Shown piece after piece: positions 61,959 through 64,000 of a stretch of 64,000 nt of DNA (its first letter is position 1; every line of letters begins with the position of its first letter). Under the pieces are notes generated by a model that was given only the letters and a program-made list of their open reading frames with translations, made no database searches and was not told the DNA's origin. The position numbers and the translations under genes were made by a program. The DNA comes from Thermoanaerobaculia bacterium (GTDB lineage: Bacteria > Acidobacteriota > Thermoanaerobaculia > UBA5066), in contig CAVRAY010000001.1 in assembly GCA_963719225.1 (NCBI GenBank), positions 992,001 to 1,056,000 on the forward strand. Reading direction: 5' to 3'.

Positions 61959-62426
61959 ATGAAGAAGGCTCTCGTCTTCGGCGTGGTCCTCCTCGTGGGG
62001 GCCTCATATCTTTTCGGCCTCGTGCCGCAACGCCGCCGCCGCGTCGCTCTCGAGGCGGAGGTCGCATCGCTGGAACTCCGGCTAAAGAATGCCGAGGCCC
62101 GCGGGCGGCTGTACACGCTCTACACGCGGAGTCACGGACTCATCGATCTCGTCGCCCAGCAGAACTATGGCCAGGCCCAGCAGCTCTCCTCGGGCTTCTT
62201 TGACGACGTCCGGGCTGAGGCGGGCCGCACGCCCGAGCCGGAGTTCGGCAAGGCCCTCCTCGGCGTGCTCGGGACGCGGGACGCCGTGACAGCGGGGCTG
62301 ACGAAGGGCGATCCAGCGACCCTCGACCCGCTGCGGCGCGTCGCCGAGCTGTTAAGGGCCGTCCTCGAGAAGCCGGAGGCCACGACGACCACGACGCCGG
62401 CGCCCGCGCCTGGGCCGAAGACCTGA
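61959..62426 (+). CDS. Hypothetical protein (N-terminal TM/signal, coiled coil)
   Basis: MKKALVFGVVLLV start, GAGG RBS, TTGACA-18-TACGCT upstream, GC-rich third codon positions. Confidence 0.7.
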   Translation: MKKALVFGVVLLVGASYLFGLVPQRRRRVALEAEVASLELRLKNAEARGRLYTLYTRSHGLIDLVAQQNYGQAQQLSSGFFDDVRAEAGRTPEPEFGKALLGVLGTRDAVTAGLTKGDPATLDPLRRVAELLRAVLEKPEATTTTTPAPAPGPKT

Positions 62427-62475
62427 CGCCGCGTCCCGCAACAGGACATTCACGGGTTCCGGGTTTTGCTGGGGG

Positions 62476-63376
62476 TCAGAACCACGCCCCCTTCTTGACC
62501 CGCAGCTGATTACGCACCGTCGCACCGCTCCGGCGCGCATCCTTGTCCGCCTCTTCGTAGCCGATCCAGCTTCCGACGGTTCCGGTCAAGGTCGCGACGC
62601 CGCCGTGAACGGTCACCGTCACGTCGGCCCGGTGCACGAACGGGCTCCAGAAGAGAGCGTCCTCGATCTGTTTCCTGATCTCGTCGTCGCCGAGATAGGG
62701 CTGCGGCCCGACGAACTCGGCGACGGGGATATGGTGGGCCAATCGTAGTAGACGATCGACACGGGCGGCTCGACCGTCAGGCGGTTTCGGATGAGCGCCA
62801 CCACCCTGACTCGAGAGGCGACATCCTGCGCTTCAGCCTTTTAACCGACCGAGTCCACCGTGCCCGACAGATAGGCGACACGGTTGATCACCGCGACGTC
62901 GATCGACACGTCCGCGAGGAGCGGGTTCCAGAACAACGCCGCCTTCAGCTGCTTCTCCATCTCCGAGTCGCTGCGAGGCCCCGTCGGCCTGACCTGCAAC
63001 AGGTTCTCCACCCGCCACACGCCCGCGATGTTGATCGCGTCACGCTCCGCCGCTGTCTTCGCCTTCACGTTCCCGACGACTCCGCTCAGGATCGCGACCC
63101 CTCCCTGGACGGTGACGTCGGGCGAATAGGCGACGACGCGCGGGTCCAGGCGGAACGCCATCTCGACGGCTTGCTTGATTTCACTGTCCGGCTTGATGAC
63201 GTACTTGAATTGCTGCCGCGCCTCGTCGTTTCGCCCGGGCTCGACCGCCAGCTTGCTCACGTCCACGGATGTGACGCCGTTGACCCACGCATCGTCGAAC
63301 GCCCGCGACTTCGCGACCGCGCTTCCGACCGAGCCGGTCAGGACCACCTTGCCCTTCGTGACGGCGAGGTGGACAT
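62476..63376 (-). pseudogene. Multi-BON-domain protein, 5'-truncated and disrupted
   Basis: Repeated V..G.V.LTG.V BON motifs. In-frame TAA at 62841-62843, further frameshifts, and no signal peptide or N-terminus. Confidence 0.75.
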
Positions 63377-63459
63377 GGCGAACCAGCCGATCACGTGCTT
63401 TTCAAAGACTCCGCCCGCTACCATGTTCTCAGGCATCGTGGCACCCCCGGCCGCGATAC

Positions 63460-63475
63460 GGCAATCCACGTGCCT
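63460..63475 (-). promoter_or_regulatory. Sigma54 -24/-12 promoter candidate
   Basis: GGCACGTGGATTGC = GGCAC-N5-TTGC, pointing toward an ATG at 63436 and the BON remnant. Confidence 0.55.
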
Positions 63476-63584
63476 CGCCGTTCTCACGCCGGCGGTGCGT
63501 GTCTCCGGGTCATGGATTCCCCGGCTCCCTGTAGGTCGCCGGTCGCGCCGAAGAACACGAAGGCGTCGAACCGCGGGATCGCGC

Positions 63585-64000
63585 TCAGTTGCGGCGCCTC
63601 ACGACGAGGACGGAGCAGGGCGCCCAGCGGACGACCGTCTCGGCCACGCTGCCGACGAGGACGCTCGCGAGATTCGTGCTTCCCGAGTTGCCGATCACGA
63701 CGAGCTCCGCCGGCAGCTCCTCCGCGAGGCGGAGGATGGAGGCCCCCGCCGCACCGTTCTCGACAACCGCGTCCGCCTTCACGCCGAGCTTCTCGAGCGC
63801 CTCAGCCCGTCGCGACGTGGCCAAGCTCGGACATCAGGTCCTCCGAGAAGAGGCCCATGACCGTCGCGAAGACCTCCGAGCCCATCGCCTTCTCGGGGTC
63901 GACGACGTGCGCGACGGTCAGGCGCGCGCCCCGGTGCCGCGCCTCGTCCGCGGCGGCCGTGAGCGCCGGCAGGGACGGGTCCGAGAGGTCCGTCGCCGCG
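63585..64000 (-). CDS. Universal stress protein, C-terminal part (5' end outside the window, frameshift near 63810)
   Basis: AATDLSDPSLPA...VGSVAETVVRWAPCSVLV, a paralogue of 60904-61806. Confidence 0.85.

Noticed and set aside
40395-64000. Accessory region as a defined mobile element or prophage
   Set aside because: No integrase, transposase, tRNA target, flanking direct repeats or phage genes were seen.

Overview
GC-rich (roughly 70%) bacterial chromosome segment. A GWxTD/VWA secreted protein and a duplicated-domain secreted protein suggest Acidobacteriota, probably Thermoanaerobaculia-like (inference). The first 40 kb is mostly housekeeping: aroC, carB, aspartate kinase-thrB-thrC, iscS, maf, ade, corA, parC and ispH. 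It also carries envelope genes (GT-C protein, two O-antigen-ligase paralogues, M23 peptidase, ComEA), two AbrB/PIN toxin-antitoxin pairs, a stand-alone GHKL ATPase and an ECF sigma/anti-sigma/Spy module. From about 40.4 kb the region is accessory. It has a metal/thiol cluster (small Cys-rich proteins, DUF318-type permease, ArsR, DUF6125-like protein, sigma54 two-component system with its target), an ArsR-desulfurase-lyase sulfur operon, and a salt/osmotic-stress block (MarR, ClC, sucrose synthase/SPS/fructokinase, antiporter, APC transporter, Usp and BON genes). The main find is missing from the ORF track: a 57-aa single-TM ORF at 43201-43374 (-) with an in-frame UGA followed by a SECIS-like hairpin, its own promoter and RBS, and a stop overlapping the next start codon. 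It is a candidate small selenoprotein heading a three-gene operon. Also notable are a shared 20-bp palindrome linking the marR/ClC and sucrose/antiporter promoters, and a dispersed AT-rich repeat that occurs as inverted pairs. Several genes after 41 kb have indel frameshifts, probably long-read errors. No rRNA, tRNA, CRISPR array, transposase or integrase was recognised. All family assignments come from motif recognition by eye, not database searches.
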